From: Squalus acanthias
Lineage: Eukaryota
DNA: 64,000 bases
Reading direction: 5' to 3'
NCBI GenBank assembly: GCA_030390025.1
Contig: CM059431.1
Span: 112,098,001 to 112,162,000, forward strand
In this document: one piece after another, positions 62,400-64,000 of the stretch
Layout: each line of letters starts with the position of its first letter
How positions within the stretch are numbered: the stretch's first letter is position 1
Program-made: the position numbers and the translations under genes
The notes under the pieces: model-generated
What the model saw: only the letters and a program-made list of their open reading frames with translations
What the model was told of the DNA's origin: nothing
Database searches by the model: none

Positions 62400-62640
62400 T
62401 TTGGCCCAGTTGATGACCTGTTTGTCTTATTCAGAAGGTTGCGTTCAAGCACCACTCTGGAAGCTTGAGTAAGTAATCTAGGCTGACAGTCCAGTGCCGT
62501 GCAGAAGGAGTGCTACATTATCTGAGGTGCTGTTCTGCAAATGAGACGTAAAACTGAGGCGCTTCTTGCAAATGAGGCCCTTTGCCTGTAAAGATGCCCT
62601 GAGACTATTCAAAGAGGGCCAGGAGGCAGTTGCCTGAGCA
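62400..62640 (+). mobile_element. Old copy of the tRNA/Deu-type SINE
   Basis: tcagaaggttgcgttcaagcaccactctgg..atctaggctgacag..tgagacgtaaaac matches reverse complement of 40380-40520. Confidence 0.6.
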
Positions 62641-63189
62641 CTTCGTTGGTGCTGCTGATTTCTGCTGTATCTGTTCGAGGTCTTTTGACAATTCCACATG
62701 TGTTATCAAAAGAAAATTAAATTCCACATTTAACTTCTGAAACAATGAGCAAAGATGAATAAAAACAAAACCTAAATGAAAATAATTTTTGATTTTAATT
62801 TCAACAAACCAAAAAAAGTGTCTGTGCAAATGTAGCCTACGCTGCAGGTTGCCTCAGTTGAAAATATCTGGGGCTTTTGTGAAGTATGGGAAGTGACAGA
62901 AGGTAATATGATTCTCGTGAACTGAAGTATAAATGTCCTGAGGTGGTGAGCATTTGTATTCAACAATTTTTTTCCCCCTCCAGTCGGATGATGGGTCTAG
63001 CCGATGGTATGTGAAGCATTTAGAGCATGAGTAAGACCATGCAAGAGGTAGGCCATTTAAAATTTGTTTCAGGGTTGCTTCTCATCAGTGAATTGATTAT
63101 CTGCAGATACACTTTCCCTGTCATGTAGAAAGTGTATGATCAATCCCCAGAGTAGTTAATTAGGGGTAATAATACCAGGCCCTGGAAAG

Positions 63190-63328
63190 CAACTTATTTT
63201 AGGCATCATGGGGTATGGGGAGAGAGCGGGAATATGGTATTGAGATAGAGGATCAGCCATGATCATATTGAATGGCGGAGCAGGCTCGAAGGGCCGAATG
63301 GCCGACTCCTGCTCCTATTTTTCTATAC
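63190..63328 (+). mobile_element. CR1 3' tail fragment
   Basis: gatcagccatgatcatattgaatggcggagcaggctcgaagggccgaatggcc. Confidence 0.85.
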
Positions 63329-64000
63329 TTGTGTCTGTAGTTGTACCACAATTATTGCAGCTCTAGGTAGGACCAAATAATGTACACTTAAGTTCCATGC
63401 CTTCTCTTTGCATCCTGGTATATTTGGTTTCTGGCAATCCCTGAAGTATAGTATTCCAATATTCCATAATCAAGAGGATAAAACTGCTTTAGCCATATGT
63501 AACTTATAAAAGAACAGAATGTTGTGATATGTACACTTTAGTGGAGTGATTTTCCAACTTTGGGGTGGGGAACCCCTGAGTGACCTATTCATGGAGATCC
63601 CCAGGAAATAGTGGAACACTCCCCTAGATCCCTGTTGCAATTTCTGCAACTCCCCCAAGGAAACAGTCTCAGCGCTGCAGAAAACCTTTATTAGTATTCA
63701 GCAACATATATGCAGTGCTAGTAAGTCAACAAGTAGAGACAAAATATAGACATCAGGATTGCTGAGAAACTGCACTCCTGGCATGCAGTATGCATGGACA
63801 CCAACAGAAATTTGACCTTGCAGAACCCCATGGCTCCCTGAGTGTTTGAGACGCTGTGCTTTGTCATGTTGAATTAAAGTCCCCGTTGGGTTCTGTCTGG
63901 CGTTCCTCCATGTTGAAATTGCTGCAATTGTTTTACATTGGAGCCACTCAGAGGTGACTTTAATTGAAATCTTGAAATGCAGAGTATATTCAATTCACAA

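Noticed and set aside
1..64000. CRISPR arrays, operons or other prokaryotic systems
   Set aside because: Sequence is a spliced vertebrate locus; no repeat-spacer arrays seen

Overview
Vertebrate (cartilaginous fish/shark-like, inferred from the repeat content: HER1-type CR1 LINEs, a SacSINE1-like tRNA SINE, Penelope elements) genomic DNA. The + strand carries the 3' part of LMO7 (LIM domain only 7): 20 exons that I could splice by hand with GT-AG boundaries and compatible phases (4896..58461, about 1073 aa), covering the DUF4757-type region, PDZ domain, coiled-coil region and C-terminal LIM domain, followed by a 3'UTR with AATAAA signals near 59.07 and 59.27 kb. The 5' exons lie upstream of the window. 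Introns are filled with CR1 and L2 LINE fragments, tRNA-derived SINEs, at least eight PIF/Harbinger-type MITEs (3-bp TSDs), a hAT MITE and several Penelope-like elements (PLEs). The most interesting signal is the PLE system: pseudo-LTRs carrying minimal hammerhead ribozyme cores (CTGACGA-stem II-GAAACGTT), short fold-back PLE-derived hairpin elements bounded by 14-15 bp target-site duplications, and a PLE nested inside another PLE that places two sense-strand hammerheads in tandem in an LMO7 intron. Most ORF-track entries are spurious or TE fragments.
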